Source: an uncultured virus (IMG/VR IMGVR_UViG_3300006467_001879)
Lineage: Duplodnaviria > Heunggongvirae > Uroviricota > Caudoviricetes
Virus record (IMG/VR): IMGVR_UViG_3300006467_001879
Direction: 5' to 3' (one strand)
DNA length: 64,000 bases
The notes below the pieces were generated by a model, which saw nothing but the letters and a program-made list of their open reading frames with translations, did no database searches and was not told the DNA's origin. This document shows positions 20,641 to 30,524 of this stretch, piece after piece (the stretch's first letter is position 1; each line of letters starts with the position of its first letter). The translations under genes were made by a program, and so were the position numbers.

Positions 20641-21609
20641 TTAATTGGTCGAAGAGTCATTTTTTAAAGCGTTATTAATTTCATTGAGTAAATATTGATA
20701 TTTTTCGTGTGTTTTATTTACATCTTTAAAACGTTTCTTTAAATATGGAATTTTTACATTGGTTATCTTGTTTTTTGAAATTAAATGAAACTTATTATCC
20801 ACTAACCATTTGTATAAAGTTTCGCGTTCGATTCTGATAATTCGTAGGTCACGCATCAATATTTCGATAATTCTACATAATTCTATGTATTCAATATTTA
20901 ATTCGATTGGGCTTAAAGGTGTTTGGTTGTCCATTAATTTTTTAAAATCTTCTTGACTATGCAATGAGACACCTTGACTTAAAAAATTAACTAATTTGGA
21001 GTAACTACTTTTTGGTAGTACTATTTTTAAGTTTTCATGACGGTAGTAGTCATTACCTTTTAAAAACTCGAAAGAATTTTTATTGAGAATACTAATAACA
21101 GTGTCAAAAAAGTTTACTGAAGTAGTTGATTTTAGGGAAAACCATTTTTTTGCGATATTTTCAAAATCTTTATTATCAGAGTCTATATGCTTATCATTAT
21201 TTCTCAATATATATATATTTGGAAGAGACACCTCATAATAATTTATTTTCTTTTTGAGATAATTTATGACCGTTTCAACAGGATTATTAGTGCCATTTTC
21301 ATCAATCAACCCGTTATGTTTTATAATAGCTTCACAAAAATCGATTTTGTTTTTCTCAATAGCCTTTAGAGCATTAATTAGAATGGAGTAAAGTTCATAA
21401 TTGTATTTATTTACTTCTATTAAATTTTGTGAAATAGGATATAAAAAATGGTGTTTTTGAATGTCATTTAATATTTGACAAGAAGGATATGTATAACTTC
21501 CGGATTCTTCTAGCCAATTTAAGGTGTCATTAATTCTATTGAATTTTACGGTTTTATTTGTGCTTTTAACCTTGTTTATTAAGGAAATAGCTAACTCTAA
21601 ATTTGACAT
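20641..21609 (-). CDS. Hypothetical protein
   Basis: 322-aa ORF between the integrase and excisionase genes. Confidence 0.6.
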   Translation of the reverse strand: MSNLELAISLINKVKSTNKTVKFNRINDTLNWLEESGSYTYPSCQILNDIQKHHFLYPISQNLIEVNKYNYELYSILINALKAIEKNKIDFCEAIIKHNGLIDENGTNNPVETVINYLKKKINYYEVSLPNIYILRNNDKHIDSDNKDFENIAKKWFSLKSTTSVNFFDTVISILNKNSFEFLKGNDYYRHENLKIVLPKSSYSKLVNFLSQGVSLHSQEDFKKLMDNQTPLSPIELNIEYIELCRIIEILMRDLRIIRIERETLYKWLVDNKFHLISKNKITNVKIPYLKKRFKDVNKTHEKYQYLLNEINNALKNDSSTN

Positions 21610-21740
21610 TAATTCATACAGTTGTTAATCCTATTCAATATTAATAATTGATTATTCATTTCAGAAATAAATACGTAAAATAAATTACAAAATTTATTAA
21701 GATTTATGTAACATAGTTTAAAAAAACTAAATGGTAAAGT

Positions 21741-22973
21741 TTATAGGTCAAATATTCGAACAGCTTCTTTAAGTCTTTCTTCTGAAGTTCCCATGTACCT
21801 TTGTACAGAAGATAATTTTTTATGTCCAGTTAATTTCATAATATCTGGTAAAGCTACATTCTTATGGCATAGAATAGTTGTAAAAGATTTCCTGGCAACA
21901 TGAAATGAGATCTTTTTATAAAGAGGTTCATGAAATTCTATCGCTTTTTTATTTTTATGTTCAACTATTGTTATTTTATTTAGGAAGCCAATGTCAAATG
22001 CTATTTCCTTTAGTTTTATGTTAATAGTTTGGGAACTAATTGACGGAAAAATAGAATTTTCGCCTTTGTATTTTTCTATTAATTCTTTTGTCTTATTGTT
22101 GAATGGTATCCGTATCATTTGATCAACTTTATTTTGTACAAACTCTATAAAACCACCTTTTATGTTATCAGCCTTTAGGGCTTTTATTTCATTCCACCTA
22201 AGACCGGTATAACATGAAAATAAGAATATATCCCTTGCCAATTCATGAGATTTTGTAGATGGCTTATAGTTTTCAAACTCCTTAATTTGCGTAGAATTCA
22301 ATGAAATTATTACTCCGGGCTTTTCCACAGTCTTAAATTTTTTATACTCTAAGTTAACATGGATTTTATCCACATTTTCTGCATAAGACAAAACACATTT
22401 AATATTAACAAATTGTCTTGCTATCGAATTATCGGAAATTCCAAGATCTTTCATAAGATAGTGAGTGAATTTCTCCTGAAATTTTAAATCAAGATTATGT
22501 ATAGAAAGAGTAATGTTATTTAGTTTTTCAAATTTTTTTAAATAGTTTAGTGTAAGTCGGTAGTTTCTTAATGTGTTTCCGACATATGAATTTGGATTTC
22601 TTTGAATAAAATCCGATAAGTACTTAGTAAATGAATTATTAAGTATATTACTGTTTTGAATACCTAAAATTTCGTCTATGCAAGAACGGAGTTTTTCTTT
22701 TAGGATAGAAGTTTCTGAAATTGTGTATTCGTGCTTATAAAGATTTGCTTTTTCCTCGATTTTATTTAAATATTCATTAATTTTTATCGACCCGGATAAA
22801 TAATGTTTAGATTTTATTCTTTCCTTTTTATTATCCCATTCTGTTGGCTTACATTTCTGTTTGGTAGAAATCTTGATTTCATTGTTTTTAGTAAATAATC
22901 TTAAAAAGATTGTAGCCTGACCTTTTTTATTTATTTTAGTTTTGTCTAGGATAAAATGTGTGTTGCAATTCAT
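21741..22973 (-). CDS. Tyrosine integrase (Bacteroidota arm-binding/SAM/catalytic type)
   Basis: TGLR, HVAR and GH...RY catalytic residues; N-terminal arm domain (KISTK.KC...EWD). Confidence 0.93.
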   Translation of the reverse strand: MNCNTHFILDKTKINKKGQATIFLRLFTKNNEIKISTKQKCKPTEWDNKKERIKSKHYLSGSIKINEYLNKIEEKANLYKHEYTISETSILKEKLRSCIDEILGIQNSNILNNSFTKYLSDFIQRNPNSYVGNTLRNYRLTLNYLKKFEKLNNITLSIHNLDLKFQEKFTHYLMKDLGISDNSIARQFVNIKCVLSYAENVDKIHVNLEYKKFKTVEKPGVIISLNSTQIKEFENYKPSTKSHELARDIFLFSCYTGLRWNEIKALKADNIKGGFIEFVQNKVDQMIRIPFNNKTKELIEKYKGENSIFPSISSQTINIKLKEIAFDIGFLNKITIVEHKNKKAIEFHEPLYKKISFHVARKSFTTILCHKNVALPDIMKLTGHKKLSSVQRYMGTSEERLKEAVRIFDL

Positions 22974-23104
22974 AATGATTAATTTTTATATTTACGTACA
23001 AATTTACGTACAATATGTATTTACTTAACCAGTTGAAACCATAAAAATTTTAACAGGTTGTAAACATTAAGTGCTTGAAAACAAATAAAATAAGTTAAAT
23101 TAGG

Positions 23105-24724
23105 TTAAGTATTGTTAAGGTGTGTTTTACTGTAATATATTCCCGCCCCGAGTACTAAACGGGAATAATCAGAGAAATCTGTTTTATTCCCGTTTTTTTT
23201 ATGCTTGTTTTTTACTGATAATGAAGGGATTACGCTGAAAATTGAATTTATTCTTGTGGTTCGATAATCGTCATTTTTGAAGTCATACAGAATCCCGTCC
23301 GGAAACACCATTTTTTGAATACTTCTCTTTACCTCCAAATTGCCAGAATCCCACAATTCAGGGAGTTGTAGGGAATATTTCAATGATAAATCAATAGCTT
23401 TTTCAAGGTTCGATAAATTAAAACCGTTGCTATACAAACTTTCCTCAATTTCATACTTCTCGGCTTCTAGCTTTTGCTTGAACTTCTCGTATTGACCTTG
23501 TGAGATTTCCTCAAAAACGTATCGCTCTTCCAATCTTTCTAGCTTGGTTGTAAATTCTAAAATTTGTTTTTGCTGTATTGCAGTCTCTTGAATTTTAGCT
23601 TCATGTTCAGCCTTGAAAGTATAATACATGACCTCCTTCATCGGGGCGATGTATTTCTTATCTTGAATTTGATAGTTCTTCAAAAGATCTGTAAACTTCT
23701 CGTGCATCACTTTGGCACTTCTATTTTCTTTTGCTCCGATACGGTTGTTCTTGTAGTAGTATAAACCTTTCTTTCTAACCAAATAGCCTGTGTAAGGTGT
23801 GTCGCAATCTGCTGAACGAACGAATTGCTTTAAAGGAAGGTGTTCACAATCCGTATTTCGTTTTTCTCCGTATCCACGCTTATTTAACAGTTTGTGAATC
23901 TTCAGGAATATTTCTTTTGATACCAAGCCCTCATGTTTTCCTTCTACCACTTCTCCGGGAATATGTGAACTGACTACCAATCCACAATAGAATGGATTTC
24001 TAAATAGATCGCTCAATTTCTTAGCCGTTACTTTTAATCCCTTCTTTGCTAATCGGTCGGAGATTTCATTGTGGGTTATGTCTTCGTTTGCCTTCCATAT
24101 AAAGGCATGTCTTAACAATTCTCCTTCTTCATTGATAACAATGTCTTGTTCTTTTCCTTTGCCCGGATTAAGGTTAGTATAGCCAAATGGAATGGTTCCA
24201 ATCCAATATCCTTTTCTCAGCTTTTCTCGCATGCCTGATACCGACTTGTCTCTTCTCAATTCATTATCGAATTGACTGAACATATAATATAGGTTTTGCT
24301 GAAAAGAACCTGCTGCGGTCATGGTATCAACTTCCTGTGTGGCAGAAAATGTTACAATACCTTGTTGTTTTAACTGATCACTGATATAGGCTCCATTTGC
24401 TCCTGTTCTCGAAAATCTATCGTAAGAATATACGATGATGTATGATATGTCTTTCCTTCTTTTTACGAAAGTCAGCATCTTTTGAAATTGCTTTCTTTCG
24501 TCACTTTTGGCAGATTCGTATGTCCCACCGAAGTACTCAATAACTTCAATATTTTTCCGCTTTGCGAATTCTAAACAATACTTCTTTTGAGTTTCTAAAC
24601 TGGCATTGTTTTCAGCCTGCTCTTTGGTTGATACCCTAGTGTAGATTACCGCTTTCCCATCAATATTAATCGACTGTGCTTTCGATTCCTTCGCAAATGG
24701 CTTAAAAATATCAAGGTTCTTCAT
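23105..24724 (-). CDS. Large serine recombinase
   Basis: AVIYTRVSTKEQ catalytic Ser, DRFSR, recombinase domain (PFGY, NPFYCG) and coiled coil. The C-terminus reads through the antisense tRNA end (VLGAGI). Confidence 0.93.
   Translation of the reverse strand: MKNLDIFKPFAKESKAQSINIDGKAVIYTRVSTKEQAENNASLETQKKYCLEFAKRKNIEVIEYFGGTYESAKSDERKQFQKMLTFVKRRKDISYIIVYSYDRFSRTGANGAYISDQLKQQGIVTFSATQEVDTMTAAGSFQQNLYYMFSQFDNELRRDKSVSGMREKLRKGYWIGTIPFGYTNLNPGKGKEQDIVINEEGELLRHAFIWKANEDITHNEISDRLAKKGLKVTAKKLSDLFRNPFYCGLVVSSHIPGEVVEGKHEGLVSKEIFLKIHKLLNKRGYGEKRNTDCEHLPLKQFVRSADCDTPYTGYLVRKKGLYYYKNNRIGAKENRSAKVMHEKFTDLLKNYQIQDKKYIAPMKEVMYYTFKAEHEAKIQETAIQQKQILEFTTKLERLEERYVFEEISQGQYEKFKQKLEAEKYEIEESLYSNGFNLSNLEKAIDLSLKYSLQLPELWDSGNLEVKRSIQKMVFPDGILYDFKNDDYRTTRINSIFSVIPSLSVKNKHKKNGNKTDFSDYSRLVLGAGIYYSKTHLNNT
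23139..23156 (+). other. att site: duplicated 3' end of a tRNA (probably tRNA-Leu)
   Basis: ATTCCCGCCCCGAGTACT reads as T-loop end, T-stem (CCCGC), acceptor 3' strand (CCCGAGT) and discriminator A. No tRNA 5' half upstream; a terminator follows. Confidence 0.75.
23157..23200 (+). terminator. Intrinsic terminator downstream of the tRNA fragment
   Basis: AAACGGGAATAA...TTATTCCCGTTTTTTTTT. Confidence 0.75.
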
Positions 24725-24917
24725 CTTTTTCTTTTTTCGATATATGTTTTACAATGATTCCGCAAAAACATTCAAGTGTTTCAATAACATGCTTTGCTTC
24801 ATCTTCTTCAATTTCTTCAAATCCCGGAAATGTTTTTAGTCTTTCCGGAGTCATTTTTTCTGCTTTTAGAATTTTCTGATACGTCTCTGCATGAGATTCA
24901 TGTTTTGTTGATCGCAT
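24711..24917 (-). CDS. Small hypothetical protein
   Basis: 68 aa, overlaps the recombinase start. Confidence 0.65.
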   Translation of the reverse strand: MRSTKHESHAETYQKILKAEKMTPERLKTFPGFEEIEEDEAKHVIETLECFCGIIVKHISKKEKDEEP

Positions 24918-24996
24918 TTTACTTCACTTCGCCAATCTCTCATTTCTTCTGATAAGACCAGTATTTGTGATGCAGCCTGAATATTTCTCAAAGCTT

Positions 24997-25659
24997 TCAT
25001 AATTTCTGTTTTACTACTCTATTAATGTGTACCGCCTTTCCGTCTTCCTGGTTAATGGAAATACTTTGAAAGGCTGCATCTCTCATAATATCAATCACCC
25101 TTTTGTTAATGGGCATTTTTTCTTCGCACTCCACTCTGTCGAGCTGACCTTTGCGTTTGATTACTTTAACGCTATGATAGTTTTTGTTGTGAATAAAATC
25201 CAAGGCTTTTGATTCCTTTGGCTCAATGGCTATCAGATTCAATTCCTTTGCCAATTGATAGGTTCCCGGGAAGGTTTCTTTCATTAATTCAGCTAGATGA
25301 ATTACAAAACATCCCACTCCCTTTAATTCATTTAGTAATTTCCCATTCTTGTTAAAAACAAGTAGAACAGTCTTTTCGCTAACCAGTATATCTAATACTT
25401 GACGTTCTAAATAACTAAGCCATATACCATTTTTGCTAGTTTGTTCGTTAAGCGATGATGACAATTCCTGAATGGCAGCTTCGCTTAATTGAAATTCACT
25501 TGCCTGATACTGGATTGCTCTATTAATACCATTGATAAATGAAAGGCTTGCATTTTGATCAGAAGACAATAAAACACAGTCCACTTCTTTGTTTCGTAAA
25601 CAAAAAAGCAATTGCTCTAATGGAGCTTGATTGGCTGTTACGTGATTACTGCTCTTCAT
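24997..25659 (-). CDS. Hypothetical protein
   Basis: 220-aa ORF 4 bp downstream of the repressor. Confidence 0.65.
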   Translation of the reverse strand: MKSSNHVTANQAPLEQLLFCLRNKEVDCVLLSSDQNASLSFINGINRAIQYQASEFQLSEAAIQELSSSLNEQTSKNGIWLSYLERQVLDILVSEKTVLLVFNKNGKLLNELKGVGCFVIHLAELMKETFPGTYQLAKELNLIAIEPKESKALDFIHNKNYHSVKVIKRKGQLDRVECEEKMPINKRVIDIMRDAAFQSISINQEDGKAVHINRVVKQKL

Positions 25660-25663
25660 AACC

Positions 25664-26269
25664 TTACTTTTTCTTCTTGTACACTTCTATCAATTCACAT
25701 TGTGCTTGATACAAACGCTCATCCTTTTCTTTGATTTGAGCATGTGCATCATTGAGCTGCGAAGTCATGTTTGTGATTATTTTTTTTAATTCACTGACTT
25801 CGTCTTTGAATCTGCCATTCTCTTTTTCGAGCAGTTCATATTTTTTCTGGAGTTGATGTATATGCTCTCTAAGTTCGGGAGGAGCTTGATTAATTAGTTT
25901 TTCTACATTGTAAAAGTCTCCATGAACAACACCATCATTCTTTGAAACATTCTTACCGACCATAACATCTTGATTATCTCCAGTAATTGAAGGATTGATA
26001 TTCAACTCTGAATATTCGATAGGTTCCTTCTTGTTCTCAAACTTTAGAAAATAGTTAGCATTTAGGTCAAAATCGTTTACAACTTTAGTTAATTGTGTGA
26101 GCGAAGCATTCCTGTTTCCTGACTTAATCTGAGAAAATACCGTGGGGTTCTCTTCCATTATGGCGGAAAATTCACGCTGATTTTTAAGCGTACGAATCCG
26201 CATAAGATGTTCTATTGCAGATACATAACGCTCATTCAGCATTTCTCTTGAAATTTCTTTATCAACCAT
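25664..26269 (-). CDS. CI-like HTH repressor with C-terminal coiled coil
   Basis: NQREFSAIMEENPTVFSQIKSGNRNAS...FDLNANYFL; divergent from a Cro-like gene. Confidence 0.75.
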   Translation of the reverse strand: MVDKEISREMLNERYVSAIEHLMRIRTLKNQREFSAIMEENPTVFSQIKSGNRNASLTQLTKVVNDFDLNANYFLKFENKKEPIEYSELNINPSITGDNQDVMVGKNVSKNDGVVHGDFYNVEKLINQAPPELREHIHQLQKKYELLEKENGRFKDEVSELKKIITNMTSQLNDAHAQIKEKDERLYQAQCELIEVYKKKK

Positions 26270-26292
26270 AGCTTACCATTTTAATAAATTTA

Positions 26293-26336
26293 TTTGCATT
26301 AGTTTACTATTTTAGTATATCTTTGTCGCAAATATA
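26293..26336. promoter_or_regulatory. Overlapping divergent Bacteroidota promoters (genetic switch)
   Basis: Plus strand: TTTG (26293) and TATCTTTG (26318-26325). Minus strand: TATATTTG (26336-26329). Both match the TAnnTTTG -7 consensus. Confidence 0.65.
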
Positions 26337-26384
26337 TGTAATAATTTTTGTTTAAGGTAAACAAATTTACAAAATATTTACAAC

Positions 26385-26627
26385 ATGTTTACACGAGAAG
26401 AAATAAAAGAGTTTAAAAATGAGCTTCCTGTCAAAGGGATTCAGTTGATCAAAAGTCGTACAGGTATCTCACGTCCAACAATTTATAAGTTTTTGGAAGG
26501 TGAAGAAATACGTCTTCATTTGGCTGAAAAAATTTGGAAAGAGGGTTGGTTAATCATTCAGGAAATGAAAGAAAAACGTGCTGAATTGAAACGTCATGCG
26601 GAAGAAGTGTTAAATAAGGAATACTAA
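26385..26627 (+). CDS. Cro-like HTH protein
   Basis: IQLIKSRTGISRPTIYKFLEG. Confidence 0.75.
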   Translation: MFTREEIKEFKNELPVKGIQLIKSRTGISRPTIYKFLEGEEIRLHLAEKIWKEGWLIIQEMKEKRAELKRHAEEVLNKEY

Positions 26628-26722
26628 TTTGCTTATGAAAGTTATACAAAATAGTAAATATCAATCCTTACTATTAGAGATAAAGGCATTGATAGAACAG
26701 ATACAAGAAACAAACTCTTACA

Positions 26723-27052
26723 ATGGTCAGACCTGTTAATATCTATTTCAAGGTTTTGACCATTGAAGGGCATTCACTAGAAGAAGATCGCTTGCAATTC
26801 AGTCTTCCTAAAGGCGTGAGGAATGGCGATTGGCATAGCTTCCAATCCGAACTAGGCTGCATGCTTTACAAAAACCCTTTACCCTTTTATAAGCAAGGTC
26901 ATCAAATTTATGTTGCTCAATTCGATGGAGCAGACATTACCACTTCCTATCAAGAAATTATTTGGGTGAAACGATTCAGGTTGGTTAGACAAGCCACAAA
27001 CCTGGACTTAAAACCCTTTGGAATATATCGAGCGATTGCTCAGGTCATTTAA
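26723..27052 (+). CDS. Hypothetical protein
   Basis: 109-aa ORF in the early operon. Confidence 0.6.
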   Translation: MVRPVNIYFKVLTIEGHSLEEDRLQFSLPKGVRNGDWHSFQSELGCMLYKNPLPFYKQGHQIYVAQFDGADITTSYQEIIWVKRFRLVRQATNLDLKPFGIYRAIAQVI

Positions 27053-27063
27053 AATATATCATC

Positions 27064-28332
27064 ATGTTGGTCATCAATTATTCAATCTCTTATAAAGCCT
27101 TAGATCAGTTTGTGGAATACCACAACGATAGAAACGAGGCGTTAACTGATAAAATAAAGGCAGGAGTACTTTTTACCGCAAAGGAAATCATTCGTGTTTA
27201 TGGAGCTTTCTTAATTAAGGCAAATGGTATTATGGAGTTCACCGCAGAGACATTGCCGGCTTTGAAAACAAACAATTCTCAACTAGCCAGTTTGGTGAAG
27301 GTTAGCCCAAGAACCATTCAAAGACACATTATCAAATTGCAAGAGGCAGGCATTATCACCAATAAAGAATTTTGTGGTAGTAATAGCGGATATGAGTTGT
27401 TGATAAACCCTAAAATACTGTTAGCAAGGTGTCGAAAAGACCTTTTGGAAGCCGAAAAGGAGTTGGAAGAAGTAAAACAAAAAGACCTTGAAAATCAATC
27501 AATTAAAAATGAGGGTACGACAAATTGTCCTCATACATACACTAGAAACAATAGTTACAATAAAAATAATTTATTAATAGGTGTAGATAACTCCAACGGT
27601 TCATCTCCTGATCAGAGAAGAACTAGTAACCAAAGAAATCGGAGTTCGCTATCGCTCACGGAAATTTTAAGTAAAGCAGGATACCCTACTGGAAACATTT
27701 TAACTGGAAACACCGGGGAAAAAGTTGCGAAAATTTCTAAAGATACCGGGGGAAAAGTGCGAAAGCGAGCCAATAATGAACAAAACTGGAAACAACAGGA
27801 CGGTTCGGCTCGCAGCACTTCCCTTAATTTTTATGCAGAAAGCTTGTGGAAACTGGCGAAAAACCTTTTGTACAGGGATGTTTTTCTGACTGAATTTCAG
27901 GAAAAACAAGCCAAAGAGATGCTTGTCAAGTGGTATGAGCCTGTTTCTGACAAGTTTTTATCCAATGTGCATCAGAATTACTGCGAGCGAGTTTATCTCG
28001 TTCGAGATTTTGTTGCCAAAGATCCCGAAAAGCGTTTTGTGCAATTGCCGTATCGCTATTTTGATACCAACAACCCTTCCGGATTCACCGGAACCAAAAA
28101 GTGGCTCCAAAAACACTTGGAACGCAAAGAAGAAGTTCGCAAGAAGCTCATTCTCCATGCTCAAATCAAAAAATACCTGAACAACGAGAAAAAGACCGAT
28201 TCCAATCGAAAGTCTTCGCTTCAGGTATATCGAGAATGCGAAACACGAATCGGCAAACTAGGTGATCAATCCCTATTGCACCTATTTCATGCTGCGGTGC
28301 TCAAACCGGAAGTTATTCATCAAATCAGATAA
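27064..28332 (+). CDS. Winged-helix replication initiator-like protein
   Basis: NNSQLASLVKVSPRTIQRHIIKLQEAGII wHTH, then a low-complexity linker whose DNA carries direct repeats. Confidence 0.6.
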   Translation: MLVINYSISYKALDQFVEYHNDRNEALTDKIKAGVLFTAKEIIRVYGAFLIKANGIMEFTAETLPALKTNNSQLASLVKVSPRTIQRHIIKLQEAGIITNKEFCGSNSGYELLINPKILLARCRKDLLEAEKELEEVKQKDLENQSIKNEGTTNCPHTYTRNNSYNKNNLLIGVDNSNGSSPDQRRTSNQRNRSSLSLTEILSKAGYPTGNILTGNTGEKVAKISKDTGGKVRKRANNEQNWKQQDGSARSTSLNFYAESLWKLAKNLLYRDVFLTEFQEKQAKEMLVKWYEPVSDKFLSNVHQNYCERVYLVRDFVAKDPEKRFVQLPYRYFDTNNPSGFTGTKKWLQKHLERKEEVRKKLILHAQIKKYLNNEKKTDSNRKSSLQVYRECETRIGKLGDQSLLHLFHAAVLKPEVIHQIR

Positions 28333-28334
28333 AC

Positions 28335-28814
28335 ATGCTAGGAAAGAAAAAAGGAATCAAAGAGAGCCTTAAAAACTATATGGAGAATGTTACCATAGAT
28401 GTTTTTGGTTACGAAAAAAAAGTAATCAGCAATGTACACGGCTATTTTCAGGTACAATCCAAGAATTATCGACTTTCTAAAGAAGACATGATCGTGGAAA
28501 TTGGTTTGCAAAACAAACTGTGCAAAGCCCGATTAATCACCGATAAGGCATTATTGTATGCTATTCCTACTCCTGAATTAATCGACTTTTTTGCCGGAGA
28601 AGGAATGGCAACAGCATTGGGTTTACAGCCTATTGTTGAAAAGCGAGTGAGTGACTATTTACAGCACCTCGCTATTGCTCATGCTATCCCCAATGAAAAG
28701 GTCAATGCTAAAATTCAGCTTCAAGAAAACCTTGTAAAGGTTTTTCTGTGCCATGGTGAAAAGTACCATAGCCTTATTCTATTAAAAACATTAATTAAAC
28801 AATTCAAACCATGA
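28335..28814 (+). CDS. Hypothetical protein
   Basis: 159-aa operonic ORF. Confidence 0.65.
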   Translation: MLGKKKGIKESLKNYMENVTIDVFGYEKKVISNVHGYFQVQSKNYRLSKEDMIVEIGLQNKLCKARLITDKALLYAIPTPELIDFFAGEGMATALGLQPIVEKRVSDYLQHLAIAHAIPNEKVNAKIQLQENLVKVFLCHGEKYHSLILLKTLIKQFKP

Positions 28815-29089
28815 CAGCACCCAAAGAAGGATGGAAATTGAAAAGGGATTCCCTTTCAAAACTGCTCATCTATTTCAAAGATGGCAATGTGAGAACGCTA
28901 TGGTCACTAGACTGGAAGCATAAGTACTCCAAGTTTATAGACCGAAATATCGGCTTAGCTCGATTAAGAAAAAAAGTGACTGAATACGGTGCAAAAGCCG
29001 ATGCAGCGATCATTTATGATAAACAAACTGGTAACGAGATTGAAAAGTATTTCGAGGGAACTCCAGTTAAAAAAGATGTGAACTCATGA
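28811..29089 (+). CDS. Hypothetical protein
   Basis: 92 aa, ATGA overlaps on both sides. Confidence 0.7.
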   Translation: MTAPKEGWKLKRDSLSKLLIYFKDGNVRTLWSLDWKHKYSKFIDRNIGLARLRKKVTEYGAKADAAIIYDKQTGNEIEKYFEGTPVKKDVNS

Positions 29090-30246
29090 GAAATGTAAAC
29101 GAACTTTTAGAGCGGTTAAACAGCTCTCTTTCCTTCGAGGAAAAATATCCTGAACTTCAAGATGAAGCTGAAAAAGTACATGTGTTGTATGTTGCTCCTT
29201 GCATGAATGCTTCGGGTTATTACAGAATGATAGCACCTGCCTTGGAACTCAACAAAACCAAGTCGCATAAAGCTATTGTCAATCAAATTCACAAATGGAA
29301 CTTCAACAAGAAGCATGATGAATACGATACTCCGGTTGATGAACGATTGATCCGTTGGGCAGATTATATCGTTTTTCCTGCCTTTTTCACGAATATTCAG
29401 CCCATCATTGAAGGTATTGTATCTATCAATGACCGCATTCAGTTTGTGATGGATATTGATTGTCATTATTTCAATTTTCCTGACTATCATCCCGGAATAA
29501 AAAAGTACCCCAAAGAGCAACTGGATAAACTACTGGAGAACCTTTCCAAAATGGATGTAATAACAGTTCCTACCAATGGCATATTGGAAGCCATTGAAGA
29601 TAAGTTGGAAGTTGCCTTTCCTGATGCGGATCCTATGTTTGCTTTTGTTCCCAACTTAATTTCAAATCAAGCCTATGCCGAAGTGCCACAAATCAATAAG
29701 AACAATGGCAAAACTGTACGAATAGGAATTATCACCAACCCCTCGCAATCCGAAGATGTTAAAAGTATTTTACCTGTTTTGCAAGAAGTATTGAAAGACC
29801 AAAATGCTGAACTCTTCATTTTTGGATGGAACGGAAAATTGAAAGACGAAAATAGTCTTGGTGATTTACCTTTCAAATTTGTGAAGCCAGTGTCCTTTTT
29901 GGAATATCCAACTAAGCTGAATAAGCTCGCTTTGGATGTAATGCTTCACCCCATGAACGACCATCCATTTAACACAGCAGGAAAATCCTTTGTGAAGTAT
30001 TTGGAAGCTGCTGCCTTTGCAATTCCTATGATAAGTTCTTCTGTTTTTCCCTACTCTGAAATCATCAAGCATGGTGAAAATGGAATGCTTGCCAAAGATG
30101 AAAATGAGTGGAAAGAACAATTGCGGAAATTGATTACCGATGCTCAATTTCGCACCGATATTGGTCGAGAAGCCTTAAAGTATGCGTGGAAGAACTGGAG
30201 CTACAACAAATCTACAATGGAGATTTACAAGGAGTTGTTTATTTAG
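29086..30246 (+). CDS. GT-B (GT4-like) glycosyltransferase
   Basis: GYYRMIAP, MDIDCH, KSFVKYLEAAAFAIPMISS..PYSEIIKHGENGML. Confidence 0.85.
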   Translation: MRNVNELLERLNSSLSFEEKYPELQDEAEKVHVLYVAPCMNASGYYRMIAPALELNKTKSHKAIVNQIHKWNFNKKHDEYDTPVDERLIRWADYIVFPAFFTNIQPIIEGIVSINDRIQFVMDIDCHYFNFPDYHPGIKKYPKEQLDKLLENLSKMDVITVPTNGILEAIEDKLEVAFPDADPMFAFVPNLISNQAYAEVPQINKNNGKTVRIGIITNPSQSEDVKSILPVLQEVLKDQNAELFIFGWNGKLKDENSLGDLPFKFVKPVSFLEYPTKLNKLALDVMLHPMNDHPFNTAGKSFVKYLEAAAFAIPMISSSVFPYSEIIKHGENGMLAKDENEWKEQLRKLITDAQFRTDIGREALKYAWKNWSYNKSTMEIYKELFI

Positions 30247-30524
30247 AAAAAGTTGTACCGATGAAACACGCCTTAATTTATCCCTGCAATAAATTTAATC
30301 CTTTGCTAGTAAAGACTTTACAAAGGATAAGTGTTTACGGTCAATTTTCAATTGTACCGAGGTACAAATTGGAACCAATTATTTTTCAATTCTTCTGATT
30401 AATTTTAAACCCACAAAAGACCTTCTATAAATAATAAGGAGGTCTTTTTTCGCAGCCTGTTTGCTATATAGGCTTTGCTTTCCCTGCCTTTAGAAAGGCT
30501 TTTTATAAATAATAAAAAGACTGG

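Larger units (their letters stand above)
1..23156. mobile_element. Tyrosine-integrase genomic island; left end probably outside the window
   Basis: Integrase, two Xis-like genes and a Rep-like gene next to a tRNA 3'-end repeat; only accessory cargo to the left. The left boundary is not seen. Confidence 0.6.

Noticed and set aside
21741..22973. Integron integrase serving the attC array
   Set aside because: Architecture is that of an arm-binding island integrase, and it lies 12 kb away next to a tRNA att site.
23139..23156. Intact tRNA gene
   Set aside because: Only the 3' ~18 nt are present; the upstream sequence cannot form D or anticodon arms.
30108..30398. 96-aa ORF overlapping the glycosyltransferase end
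   Set aside because: Out-of-frame overlap that runs across palindromic regulatory motifs; no protein features.
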